Assembly (NCBI GenBank): GCA_977862235.1
Contig: OZ374558.1
Location: 2,728,001-2,792,000, forward strand
Reading direction: 5' to 3'
Length of the DNA stretch: 64,000 nt
Source of the DNA: Dudresnaya verticillata
Taxonomy: Eukaryota
The position numbers were made by a program, and so were the translations under genes. Positions 39,232-51,277 of the stretch are shown one piece after another. The notes under the pieces were generated by a model. That model ran no database searches and was not told where the DNA came from. It was given only the letters and a program-made list of their open reading frames with translations. The stretch's first letter is position 1; the number at the start of each line of letters is the position of its first letter.

Positions 39232-41656
39232 TATTCTTTTTCCGGATCGACCCGGTCAGAACTATCCTCGGAATCCGAAGTTTCGTGCTCGATTCCGATT
39301 GGGTGTTTCGTAACCCCTGAGACACCTCGCGTCGATCGCGGAGGCGTGTCAAAAAGGAGAGGGGAATCGCTTCCCTGCCCGCTGGCTGTCTCTCCCTTGT
39401 GCCGCGCGTCGAGCGCTTGCGGAAGCCACTCGTCGGCGGTGAGGCCTGTGTGCTCCTGCAACGTCATAACTGCTCGGAGCAGTTCGCGGCGCGGGTCGGC
39501 CCTCGGAGGCGTCGATGCCTGAGGCTGACGGCCAGCGGGCTCGTCGAAGCCGACCCGCTTATAGCGCAGCAGGAACCGCGGTGCGTTGCCTTGGCGGTAC
39601 TCGCGGCGTGGGTCTCGACGATCCCCGCGGTACCCCTGCGGCTCTCCGCGGTACCTTGGTGCGCCCATGCGCTGCGGGGGACCTCTCGCGTCGAAGCGTC
39701 GGTCCCCACCCCGCGGCACGTCGTAGCGCCGTGCGGGGTTCCTTGTCCTTGCGCCCGCTGGCGCGCGCTCGTCGATGAGCTGTTGGAGCATATTGCGCGA
39801 ATGCGGCTGCGTTTCCATTCGATGGTTGCTGTTCGCATACGCGCAGTACATCTGATGTTCCTTCGTGAGGTACGGGCACGAATACATGATATGCCCGACC
39901 TCGCGGCAGAACCAGCAGATGTACCATCCCTGTCGATCAGGGATGACTGCGCGTGCCATCGCCTCCTGCGTTGGAGTGAGCGGTGGTATGCGCTTGGGTA
40001 GGACCGCATCGATGCGTCCTGTAATGTCGAGGGTCTCGACGGCCTCGGTCGACCCGGCTGTCGATAGCGCGGGTGCGACCATCACGGGTTCGAACCCGTC
40101 GGCGCCGGGGTCCACCAGCATTGTGCTGTCGATAGCAACGTCCCCGCTGGGATAGCTTGGTGGGCCCTCGATGAGCAGTGTACGGCCGCTTGCCGAGCTG
40201 CCACCTGATCTGCCGCGCCTCGAGGTGTTCGTAGGCTGCGCTGCCTTCGCCGAACGGGCGCGGTAGGTTGTGCCCTCGCTATGGGCAATCCGACGAACGG
40301 TACTAAAATTGGTCTGTTCGACCATAGGAAGCTGCCTGACCTTCTCCGCCACTGCGGGTCTTGTAGTGGGCAGCAGGACCCGAAGGAACTGATGCGTCAA
40401 GTTCTCATCGGAGTACGCGCCAGCGCAGGCGTCCGCATACCCTTCGAGGCGAGTATCGAATTCAAGCTCGGACTCGGCGTCCCTCTGCTTGGCGTTGGTC
40501 AGCCGGTCATGGGCGTCTGCGATGACGTCGTACGTGACGAACCTCTCGACGAGGGTATTGACCACCGAGGCCCAGCAGGGTGGGTGCCGCGCTGCGTTGT
40601 GCGCACCCCAGAGAACAGGTGACTCGAGTACACCTGCAACGCGGTTCCATCGATGAACCAGGACACCACACGCGCCGCTGCGCCTTCGGATAGTCCAACG
40701 CCATTGAATGCTTGGCGTAGCTGCCGAAGCACGCCAAGCAGGCGAATCGGCTCCTTGCCGTCGAACCGGTCGAGCCGGGGCATCAGGGCCTTCATGCGGC
40801 TCACAATCTTCGTAGTGTTGCCGCTGCACACCTGCTGTTGATTGTCCCGCTGATCTACGTCATCGAGACGGTACGAGCGGTAGTCGATCGCCTTAGCGAA
40901 CTCTGGCACCCACGTGGTCAAAGGCTCGATGCCTGCCATGAGTGGGCCCCAATGCCAATAGGCAGAGACGGGGCCCTCGTGCTGTCGGGGGGTCGGTCCC
41001 CCCTTTGTGTTTTGCCCGTCGAGGGCTTGTTGGAGCAACCTGGGGTCGACCCCGTAGAACGGATTGGGGTCCCCACTCGGATGGTGCGACCCCGCCGCAC
41101 TCCTCGGTGGAGATGGCGGTGGTGAAGGAAAGCGATGCCGAGCTCGTTGCTCGGCAAGTATGGCAGCGGCCAATTCTTGAACTGCACCCGCTGGTGACTG
41201 CGGTCGCGGAGGAGAGCGCTGCGCCGACGACGGGCCTGTAGCCCGCTGGCGTTGCCGCGTCGTTGCGCGCTCTATCAACTCAACGCGGCGGCGTAGCTCA
41301 TCGAGGAGCCCCTGTGACCGGGCTATTCCGTCCTCGATGGGCGCGAAAGGACCGCGTCGAAGCGTGTCCAGGTCTTGCTGGCCGTCGGCATTCGCCGTAG
41401 CTATCGAAGCTGTAAGGTGGTCGTACACCTCGGCTAGCGAGTCCATGGTCTCCTCATAGAGCAGCTGGAGGTCGGCCACCGAGACCAGACTCCCGACGAG
41501 GGCCTTTTGCAGCGCGGTCCTCCGCTCGAGCCTCACATCGTGTAGAGGAGTACCTGAGACGCCGATGGTACTCAGTATTGAGGTGCAACGCGTCGCATCC
41601 TCAACTTTTCCGGAAGCGGCCGATGCGGCAGCGGCCGGGTCAGGAGGACTCGACAT
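39231..41656 (-). pseudogene. gag: Gypsy B gag (one frameshift)
   Basis: RFDGKEP block; zinc knuckle CWFCREVGHIMYSC. Confidence 0.88.
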
Positions 41657-41700
41657 CCTTTAATTCGATCGCGTCGATGCGGGAAGTACTTGGGTCTCGA

Positions 41701-41722
41701 CGACTTCTCACTCGGGAGACCA
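41701..41722 (-). promoter_or_regulatory. Primer binding site, tRNA-Tyr-like
   Basis: TGGTCTCCCGAGTGAGAAGTCG, 1 nt from the LTR end; 11-nt core identical to the Gypsy A PBS. Confidence 0.75.
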
Positions 41723-41723
41723 G

Positions 41724-42197
41724 TGTAGTATAGACGTCAGGTCGATCCGACGTCTGATACTTGCTGGTCCGAAGCCGCCACACAGACCCGTCGATGGGTA
41801 GCTGTTGGGGTTGGTAGAGCGGTGTCGGCCGCGTGCGCCCCGCAGGTGCGGATCGACGGCGTCGATGCCGGAGCGCGCACGGGGCGTACCGTACGCGGGT
41901 AGGCAGCGGCCGGATCCCAGCGTCCCTGTCGAAGGGCGGCACGAAGCCGACGGAAAGGAAAAGGAAAGGGCAAAGCCTAGCGAGGCAAGGGGAAAAAGGG
42001 AAACCGCCCGTTGGCGTAAGGCAAAGGGATCGAACCCGAAAAGGCTGGGGGCAAGCTTCAGCGCGAGCTGTTGCTTGCCCGGTTTACTGAGCCGTCGATG
42101 GCCGACGGTCTGAAATACCCTACACTATGTGCACTACGACGGCGCTGCCAGCATACCTTACAGCCGCTGCAGATAGTGTGCTGACAGCTATACTACA
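41724..42197 (-). repeat. Gypsy B 5' LTR (474 bp, internal deletion)
   Basis: TGTAGTATAG...CTATACTACA inverted termini. Confidence 0.92.
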
Positions 42198-43925
42198 AGC
42201 TCCTTTAATTACTGTTACGGAGCTTTGCGGTCTACGCAGAATGTCATTAGACAAACACCTGCTATTTTCGGCCGACCCTATCGTCTATTTAAAGAATACC
42301 AAAGGGAATAGAAAGACCAAGTCGAATTGTCATCTTAGCGCAGTACGTAGCGCTACACTAGGAAGCTGTCTGTAGTAAGCTCCCCATATGGAAAACATCC
42401 AACACGGTACAATGAAATGAGATAATTGGTGATGCTCGAAAAGAGAAGAGAAATATTGCTAATCGCGCGAGTGATGCAGGTCGTTACACCTCGACATAGT
42501 ATCTGCAGTCCATGAGGGCCATCACCGGTCGCTCTCCCTACGAGGCAGCAAGCCTATCCTTTCTTCCCCTCCCTCCCGCGCTTCTTTTGATTCTTCATAA
42601 ACCATCCAGTCTACGCTTTCGTGGTTTAGAAAAACCGTTATTATGGTGTTTTAGCCTTAAATTAAGCCACACGTCGGTTTTGAATGAAGCCTTCTCATCT
42701 GTGTAGTGCAACCCTCGGGGTGAGGGTCACAACATACACACCCCACGCGTCCGACAAGGGCGGGTAGAAGGTATGGATTGTCGTTACGCGTGAGAACGCG
42801 TCAGAACGTAGTGGTAGAGCAGGGGAGAAAGCCCCGGCGCGCGGACTTTAAACGCCCTCCGTAACTCGCGCAAACACGAAGAATGCTCAGGCAACTAGAG
42901 CGCCGGCACCTCACAGGCGTCAATACGCGACATCGTAGTAGTACAGCGATCCCTGGAATTAGACTAGGTGAATATATTGACCTGGGTGCATAATTATCAT
43001 GGTCCACATTAATTATTGCGAGGGTTCTGGAATTTTGCTTCGACTTTAGATCACGTGGCACGGCCAGCGGGTCCTCCAATGCACATTATTACAGTTTCCA
43101 GCTATCTTACAGAGAGAATCCGAATCTTCTTCCTACGGTTTGAGCCACACCAAAGGAGATCTTCACATTTTGGCGCCACACTCCCACCCACGGAGCGCCC
43201 CCTTTGCCTTTGCCTTTGCCTTCACTCATCCTTCCATCCCACTTTTATATCCCCACGATGGATGGCCCTATCGACCGAGCATTGTCTTGCTCCCGTGCCG
43301 GCAGGCAAAGCCCTTCTGCAGAACATCAGATTGACGTGGAGGCTGCAGCAACTCCCCCTATTTCCCCCAACCCAGCCGAAGAACAGACCGCGTCCAAACC
43401 CTTGGCAATCCGACGTTGTATACATGTTAACGCATTGTCGCAGCGCTATCAGGCGACGAAGTGGATGATACGAGAAACAGAGCTCCATGGAAAGAAGCAC
43501 ATTGCTTCAAAATGTGTGAAACACTTTCCGCATCTTTTCGCGGAAAACGTGAAGGCCAATCTCGAGAAAGCAAGCAGGTGGTCGAAAGTCCGCGACCAAA
43601 CTATGTCCTTTAAAGTGGCAACAACGCGAAATAGGAACTTAACATCCCATACGGGGGATGGATTCCGACGGACTAACTTCAAGGCCGTTCGAGGACGAGG
43701 ACGAAAACGCGTTTTCGTCCTCGTCCTCGATCCGCGGTCGGGATGGGTCAAGGCATTGTATCGTGATCTTCGATCCGCGTTCGAGCGTCTGCAAGCCGCT
43801 GGGGTAAATTTCAACGCAATTGTTTTGAAGACTCATGCAATTTCCATGATCATTGAAGCAAAAGAGGGCTCGCTCCATCACAGCTCTCTCGAGTTCGGAG
43901 GGAAAAATGTTTCGTGCAAGATAAC

Positions 43926-44787
43926 TGTGGTGCAAAACCGTCTAGAGACGAGTAGCACCTCCGGGTAGTTCAATCCCGGTGGGTAGCACGCTGGTAGCTA
44001 GGGTGTGGCAGAGCGTAGGAAACAAGCCGGGGGCGGTAAAGGTAGAAACAAAGCAACGAATAGACAGGGTAAAAGGGAAAGAGAGATGCGTCTGGGACGT
44101 AGGTTGACGCGAAAGCGCGGGCGGAGCTGCGCAGTTGCCTTCGTTGGTAACACGAAGTACAAGCTAGCGAAGGGGTTCAGGTCCGGGGCCGGCTTGCCGG
44201 GATTTATTCAACGTCCTAGACGCGTTACGTAATACACTATCGCTACGATGCGGGTGGCGGCGGCGTAGCGTGGCGCGCGGGAACTCGGGACGCGTGTCAC
44301 CCCACCGCGCGTCTGACACGTCATCGTAGTCATGCAGCCACGTACCCGCGGGTAAGGAGTAGCTTACAGGCGTGCGCACACATAACGAGTAGCTTAAGGC
44401 GCGCCCGCGTACCGGTAGAGGCGATCCGGATTCGGTTCCCGCTCCGTGCCAGCATTGCTGGCGTGTGGTCAATACAGGCGCACCCCTTACATTGCAGCGG
44501 ATCCCGATGGGTAATCCCGATATCCGATCCAGATCCGATCCGGATCTGGGCCATATTTACAGGTGCGCGCCTTACACCTCCTAGATCCCGATGGGTGATT
44601 CGGATGCGTGCCGCGCCGGCGTACAGTGCTTGAGCCGCAGTGCCCGTAAGCGATTGCGGCGTCCGTACGCCGTTGGGCCGACCGTCCGTGACGTGTTCGC
44701 GCGCGCCAACAATGGTTGGGACTGTCCATCGGTAGACGGCTTATCACACGCTCAGAGCGAAAAAGGGGCTCACCCCCTTGCACCGCA
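43926..44787 (-). mobile_element. Solo LTR E
   Basis: TGTGGTGCAA...TTGCACCGCA termini; perfect TSD ATAAC. Confidence 0.93.
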
Positions 44788-45242
44788 ATAACTATCCGCT
44801 GGATTCAGCACTTCATGCGTCATCAGAAAAATGTGCAGCGGGCACAGTCAAGCAAGCTCCAGGTTAGTCCTAAGAAAGAACTCCAGATTGAGAATTCCGT
44901 TGATTTTCATTTGGGTGTTCTTAAGCGGGGGTTTGGGTCTGGGTTATTGAATGAAGACAATATTGAAAATGCCGACGAAACCCATTTTGTTTTTAACATG
45001 GACAATGGGAAGACCCTCGGATTTGTTGGTGACAAACATGTCAAATATGCCGATGTTGTTTGTGGAGGAGAACCCATTACAATGATGGTCAGACTGTCTG
45101 GTGGACGTGATGCATCTTTTCACCCCCCAATGCTGATTCTTAAAAATGGGTCTCGATCGTATCCTGTGCGCGGTGTCTCAGACAACGTCCCTGGTGTTTG
45201 TTATTGCACAAGTCCAAAAGGTTGGATGGACGGGGCTGTTTG

Positions 45243-46477
45243 TGTGGCACACGGGGTCAGGGCTTTTCTTTCCTCGCCATGGGCGTATCAAGACCGCATC
45301 TACCGACGCCTGAAACAGCTCATTCGCCGTTGGCGCGAACACGTCATCAACGATTGGCCTACCGACGCGCGGGCGCCATACCCCGTGCCACGCGCGCCCG
45401 ACGCACTGTACGGCACGACGCTGTGGAGCGGATCTGGATGACGCATCGGGATCAACGCGGTGTAAGGTGCTTGAATGTCAGTTCGGCCCGAATCCCGATT
45501 GAATCCGGATCCGACATCCGGATCGGACATCGGGATCCGCTGTAATGAAGGCGCGCCTGTAATACTGTCTTCAATCGGGATCCGAATCCGGATCGCCTAC
45601 AGTACCGCGCAAGCGCGCTTCTGTAAGACGCGCACGGCGGCTTACAGCGGCTGCACCGCCCCAGGATGTGTCACACGCACCTCTATACGACACGCGTCCC
45701 GGGTTCCCGCACACTACGCCATGCAGCCGCCGAGCCGCGGCCCCGTAGCGTTACTTAGGTACGTCGCCTAGGACGTAGCAGTAAACTCCCGGTAAGCCGG
45801 TTTGGGTCTGGACTTCCCCTTTCGCGTCGCGCGCATTCGACCGCCACCCGAAGGCCTAAGAGCCCGCCTACCCGCGCTTCCACGTCCACTACCGTTCTCG
45901 ATGTGCTTCTTTTCGGGGTTTCTTTCCTCTTCTACTCGCGCTTTGGGCGTCTACATTCGGCCCTTGGCGTATCACCGCTCTACCACTACCCGTCGCAGAC
46001 GCGCTGCCCGCCGAGCCGAACTACTCGGCCGTGTCGACTGTTATGAAACATAGGGGGAGAAGCGTTTCTTCTCCTGTAGATGTAACTGATTAGGACAGAG
46101 TCCTGCCGGAGACGAACGTGCGCACAAGCGCGTGTGGAGTCCCACGGTTGACTGTTTACTGAGTAGTTATTGAGTGTGTGTGTTTTCGAGTATGTGAACA
46201 CTGCATCACGCTAGCCCTTAAATACTGCGGAGAACTAAAGGGATAGAACTACGAACAGTATGTGGTGTAGGTTGTTGGATAATTGCAACTAACACTCTCA
46301 GCCAGAGAACGACACGCCCGCTTTGTTCCACGAACAATTGCCACGCCCTAGTCATCTATTGCGGTCGTGGACAAACTAAATTGTACGGTTGACGAATGAC
46401 ATCGAAATGCTATAAGGGTGGCTTAAGCACAACCACAGTTCCGTTAACATCGACCGTCAACGACGATTTTCACGAAA
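45243..46477 (+). mobile_element. Solo LTR F (related to E, opposite orientation), containing LTR G
   Basis: TSD GTTTG (45238-45242 and 46478-46482); starts TGTGGCA; 3' end degenerate (AA); shares GATCC-rich block with E. Confidence 0.85.
46039..46449. mobile_element. Solo LTR G nested in F
   Basis: TGTTA...TAACA termini; perfect TSD TCGAC. Confidence 0.88.
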
Positions 46478-47417
46478 GTTTGGAAGGACTGGCTGTCGGA
46501 ACCGCGGGCAATTAAAGCGCTCGAAAATAATCGACGGCGAGTGCTTTACGTGGACAATTGTTCATCGCACGCCACCGGAAATTCCATACAGGAGTGTTTC
46601 CGGAAGATCAAGACAACTGTGCCGAAAATTCCACGAAACGCCACGCATTTGATACAACCTGCGGACTCCTTTATAATTCAAAAGATTGAGGAGGTGTGGA
46701 GGAAGTTATGGGACGAGTACAAATTCCGCTGCATTAAGGAAGGGGAGCGGATGGAATACACCAATGGAAAGGCAAGCGGGAAGATCCGCAATTCGGGCAA
46801 GTCATTTTCCTTGCGCCTGGCTTCTGAAGCTGTCCGACAGGTGAACGCAATGCGTGACAAAAACGGAGTGCAGTACGCTAGAAAAGCAATGTTTATGACT
46901 GGCATTTCCTTGAATTTGAACGGGCGTTGGGAGAAGTCGCAGCTTACAGATAATCTTCTAGCGATCATTGCAAAGCACCGCAATCATTTTGATGCAGAGC
47001 CTCTAGATGTGGATTGTTCTGACGTTGAGACTGAGAGCGACATTGAGACAGAATAAACGTTCGCCATTACCCATACCAATTTTGAACCTGCAGTGTTAAC
47101 CTGGGCCAGGATATTTTTGCACTGTACACAATTACTATGGGTGCATTCTTAACCTGGTCCATGTTAATTCTTGATACCCTTTCCTCTTTCTGAGGTTGAG
47201 AATTGATACGGACCAGTCTAATTGCGGTGATCGGTGTATTAGGACCACTACCCAATAATAGTACTACCCAAAAGGGGTCAGGATCATGGCCGAGCATATC
47301 CTATTGTATCCCTTTTCCGGGCACAGTGTCAATCTACACTGCACTGTAGACACACTGGTTGGGTACAGGCTGTATGCACCCAATCAGTGTCGCCGGCGGG
47401 CGAGCCTTCTGCCCACC

Positions 47418-48041
47418 ATGCCCGATTGGCATACTCCAGCGCCGGCCGGCGCGCTACCTGCCCGCCATCGGTATCCCCGATGTGCACGTAGGGCGCGCCC
47501 GATCGCTCCGGCGGCTGCTGCCGTGCATGTATCGCATGGGCATGCGCGAGAGCGAGATGCGGTTCTTCGACGCGATGCCGTGGCCGGAGAGGCTTCAGGA
47601 GCTGCTGCGCGTGCGGCTGTATGCGTCGGGGTTCAACGACGCGGGGCTCACTGGGCATCCGTGACCGAAACGGCGTGCCGGCGCAAAATGCTGGTATCCA
47701 AGACGTACTGGAGCGTGTCCGTGTGGGCCTTCTACTGGGCTGTTGGCGTTGGGGCGCTGTTCGGCGTGGTGGGGATATGAAACGCGATGGAGACGACAAT
47801 TTGCCGGGGCATGCCGTCCTTTCTGGATGACGCGCACCGCGCCCTGTCGAGTTGCTGCCGGCAGCTGAACGGGCTGGGCGAGATGACGCGGCGCATCAGA
47901 GGTGAGGTGCGCACGTTGAGGGCGGCGGATGGGCTGTTTCAGGCAACGTGGACGAAGGGATCGCAGGAAAGCGTGGTGGTGGAGCTTGAGAGGGGACATT
48001 TTGGCGATGGTTGGCAGCGAGGAGCAGGCGGAGATGGATAG
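47418..48041 (+). pseudogene. GC-rich gene-like relic with one hydrophobic segment and one in-frame stop
   Basis: ORFs 47286-47780 and 47787-48041 are in frame; segment YWSVSVWAFYWAVGVGALFGVVGI. Confidence 0.3.
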
Positions 48042-48242
48042 GAAGAAGGGAGGGGCAGGAAGGTGATGGGGTACATGCCCACGATGGTTGATGGCGGTGG
48101 TGTTTAGTGCACGCGAGTCGGTATGAGACGTTGCGCGAGGCGTAGCAGTGTGATGATAATGGGGATATGTGCGTTGGTTGCAGCGCGGGCGCGCATATGT
48201 TTGAAAAGCCGCAGATGTTGACGCCGTCAAGGAAACAGTAAA

Positions 48243-49106
48243 CTAAGATGGCATCTGGATGTCATTCTTGGGGAAGAAAGTGACGCAGTGGGTAAAGCGG
48301 GCGCGGTAGTTCAACGTTACATCGCACGCCGGGCATTTTAAACACTCATTGCCTTCAACGACAAGGCGATTGTCCTCATCGTTGATGCGGTGCACCAGCC
48401 GCCGCCCAAGTCGCGCCTTGGGTTTCGCTTGCGGTTCCACGCCGCGAGACAGGCGGCACGCTCGCATGTTACGGTGAGCCTGGAACTCTTTCTTACAGTT
48501 CCAGGGCTTCACCTTAACGACGTTGCAGTGCGGGAACTCCAAAATCCCGACCTTCGTCCTTCCCGACCTTGGCAAACGCACCTGTGTGACACAGGTGTCG
48601 TCTGCGCACATGCAGGTAGTCGCGATGGTGACCTCTTGGTGCCTTACAGTGGTGGCACGAACATCGCTAGGAGCGGTGGGGGCGAACCGGAAGGTGTAGA
48701 GAGCGATGGAGAGGCTGGGCGCGAATGGGTGAGGGAGGGTGAGCGTGTTGGCGGCGAAAAGCGCAAGCTGCGCTACGCAGTGGGGGCAGTAGCAGTAGTC
48801 CTGGAATGGGACGAAGCTCGCGCGACGGGCGGCGAGTTCGCAATTTTTTCCAGTTCTTCTGGCGACAACTCGACCCGCAAGGCGAGCTTTCGCCGTCAGA
48901 TCAGGGTTCCGGGCGGGACTCTTGTGGTCACAGTCGCTGGCGGCTTGGACGGGCGAGAGCCCTGAGCACGTGCTGTATTCCCCTTTCTAGAAGCCCCCTG
49001 GAGGCGTTACCTCGTTGCTGTCCAGGAGACGACGCGGTGTGCGGCGGTGGTGCAACGGTCTTGTATAGCCGCGACGGATGTCTTCTTCTTCCATTTGTGT
49101 AGACAT
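48243..49106 (-). pseudogene. Cys-rich gene-like frame with an internally duplicated CxxC module and a single in-frame TAG
   Basis: Manual translation is open 48986-48243 and in frame with the ATG at 49106. Confidence 0.45.
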
Positions 49107-51277
49107 CGTCCTTGATATGTGATGATGCGGGGTTGGTGGTGGGTGTGGCAGTGGGAGCTCCGGGGTCCGGGCATGTGCTATATGTCTTGTGCGGTGGGGT
49201 ACTCTATTCGGGTGAGGTGGAAGATGAGCGAGATATTTTTCAAAATTTTCAGATACAATATCTGGACCGCACTCTGACACGTAGCACAACAACGGCCTTC
49301 CGTAATGACGGTACCCTAAATGACAGATCATTTTCGGTCATCCTTGCACGTGACAGACTACAGTCCGCCAGTCACGGTCCGTAAATTCGACCACACTATG
49401 TGACCTACTATTTTCTGTCCTGTACGATATTGTGCCACAGATATCTATTGTAAATCACAGGATATATGATAGCTATCGTAAATGACAGAAAACATTCGAT
49501 CACCGTAGAAGGTGACGGGCCTTGGCCTTTCATTTGGTATACCAATGGATATATCCATCCTATTTGACCGTATGATTGCATGTTTGCTGTGATTTAGGTA
49601 TCTAGGCGTATATGCCCCTACTTTGGGACAAATCGCTACTGTATCTATGCGAGGCAGATGCTTCAGAGAGCATCCCGTACATAGCTTCCATATGTATAAG
49701 CAACGTGCACGTTCCGTTCAGGCTTTCTAAGTCGAACATGTTCAACCTAGCCAGACTGAAGCCTATATGCTACGAAGTGGCAAGCTTGCCACTTAGTGCT
49801 AAATACGCAGGTTGGCTACAGTAATCACACTTAATAGTACCCAGCTGGTCGTATTCGACCACATCCATGAATAAGTAAGATCGTAGAACTGTGCATACTG
49901 AAAACTTCCGTCCGGTGTGCCGGTGTGCATGTTCTGGACTATCCCTGGACCTAGCAAGATAGGGCCGGTCAGGAGCTATTCATTCCCATTATACACTTCT
50001 CTTCGCGGCTATCTCTCTTTGTGGTAGCTAGCCGTTATGTAGCTTTAATTCCTTATGAAACCATAGAAATATCGATAAAGAGTCGTTGATTTTTGCATCC
50101 CAACCCGCAATCTTGTACATCATTTCGAGTTTAGCACAGTCTAATTCTACAATAGAAGTGCCCGAACCCGGTTATCCCCGAACCAGTGCCGGTCGTATCA
50201 TGCCGGTGCTCAGGTGCTGCACCTCATATATCCGTGACGGTATTCACATCCAGTGGAAAGCATTTCTTGTGCGCCACAAAGATTATGCGCAGACACTGGG
50301 ACTCAAATCCGTTAAAATAATACCACCGGTTGTCCCAGCTGGACGGTAAACGCCTTTATGGCATTGAACATTGATGGCTGGTTAGCCACTCGTACAAAAT
50401 CCCTCTCGAGACGCCACTTTTGTTTTTCCAACCGCCGCTGCGCGATAACCGCGCTGCGCACATACCCGTCTGCGTCAATTTATGTCTGTTGTATCCCTAT
50501 GGATAAGGTTATCTGAGTGTATCCCATGATTTCCCACCAACAAATGTACCAAATCGATTACAGTGATATGATTGCAGTGATATGACCGACTATATTAAAT
50601 CTTCTGCTGATATGTCCGTTTCTGAACTATCACATGGCGAAACTAGATATATATTTATACATTTTTGTGATTGCTACTGTCTCAAACGGATACCGCTCGA
50701 ACGGTTCATCAACCGCTTCCTTCCGTTCACTATATTTTACCTGTACTTCGGTACTTGTGCACCGTTCACAAGCACTATTATAACAGTCATGTTAAGGATG
50801 TATGCGTGCAGAACTCTTCACGGGCAACAGTTCGCAACAGTGCATATTGCCGACGCGAAAGATATGTTATGCGCGCTGTCCCGACAGTACTAGGCAGTAT
50901 CGCAATAGCTAAACTAAGGCGGTTGTTTTACATAGAACAGTATAAAGTTCCCTTCACTTCACGAACACATGGCATGTTGTTTCAGAACACCCCCTTCTAC
51001 AAGTATCTGCTGCCAGCTGCACCCCTCCGTGCCGTTATTGCGAAGAAACATGGGGGTTATTGTGGTCAACGATTCCTCTCCCTCTCATTTCCCTCCTCAT
51101 TCTCCTATTGCGCACTCGCGGCACTCGCGGGCATGCTTTCTTGCCACAGTACTTAACACCACTTCATGTGAATCCAAAGATGGTTCCAAAGATGACGACA
51201 GAACAATCACCCACAGTTTCTCTTTTGTGGAACAACGCATCCAAGGTACTAGTATTGGGGCGCAACCGTGTCCGAAT

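Larger units (their letters stand above)
29632..42197 (-). mobile_element. Ty3/Gypsy retrotransposon B with chromodomain integrase and antisense extra ORF
   Basis: LTR pair, PBS, PPT, gag-pol, chromodomain. Confidence 0.95.
43258..47056 (+). pseudogene. pogo-like DDE transposase interrupted by solo LTRs
   Basis: NADETHF, KGWMD, LYVDNCSSH, IPRNATHLIQPAD; frame rejoins across the insertions (KIT|IRW; DGAVW|KDW). Confidence 0.9.
42944..47236 (+). mobile_element. pogo/Tc1-mariner-superfamily DNA transposon
   Basis: TA on both flanks; imperfect TIRs CAGCGATCCCTGGAATTAGACT / AGTCTAATTGCGGTGATCGGTG (18/22); DDE transposase inside. Confidence 0.8.

Noticed and set aside
42198..42941. Continuation of Gypsy C or H after element B
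   Set aside because: No gag or protease similarity and no TSD matching 24897-24901.
48243..48400. piggyBac C-terminal cysteine-rich domain
   Set aside because: Only partial Cys spacing, with no DDD core or TTAA ends; better explained as the internal repeat.
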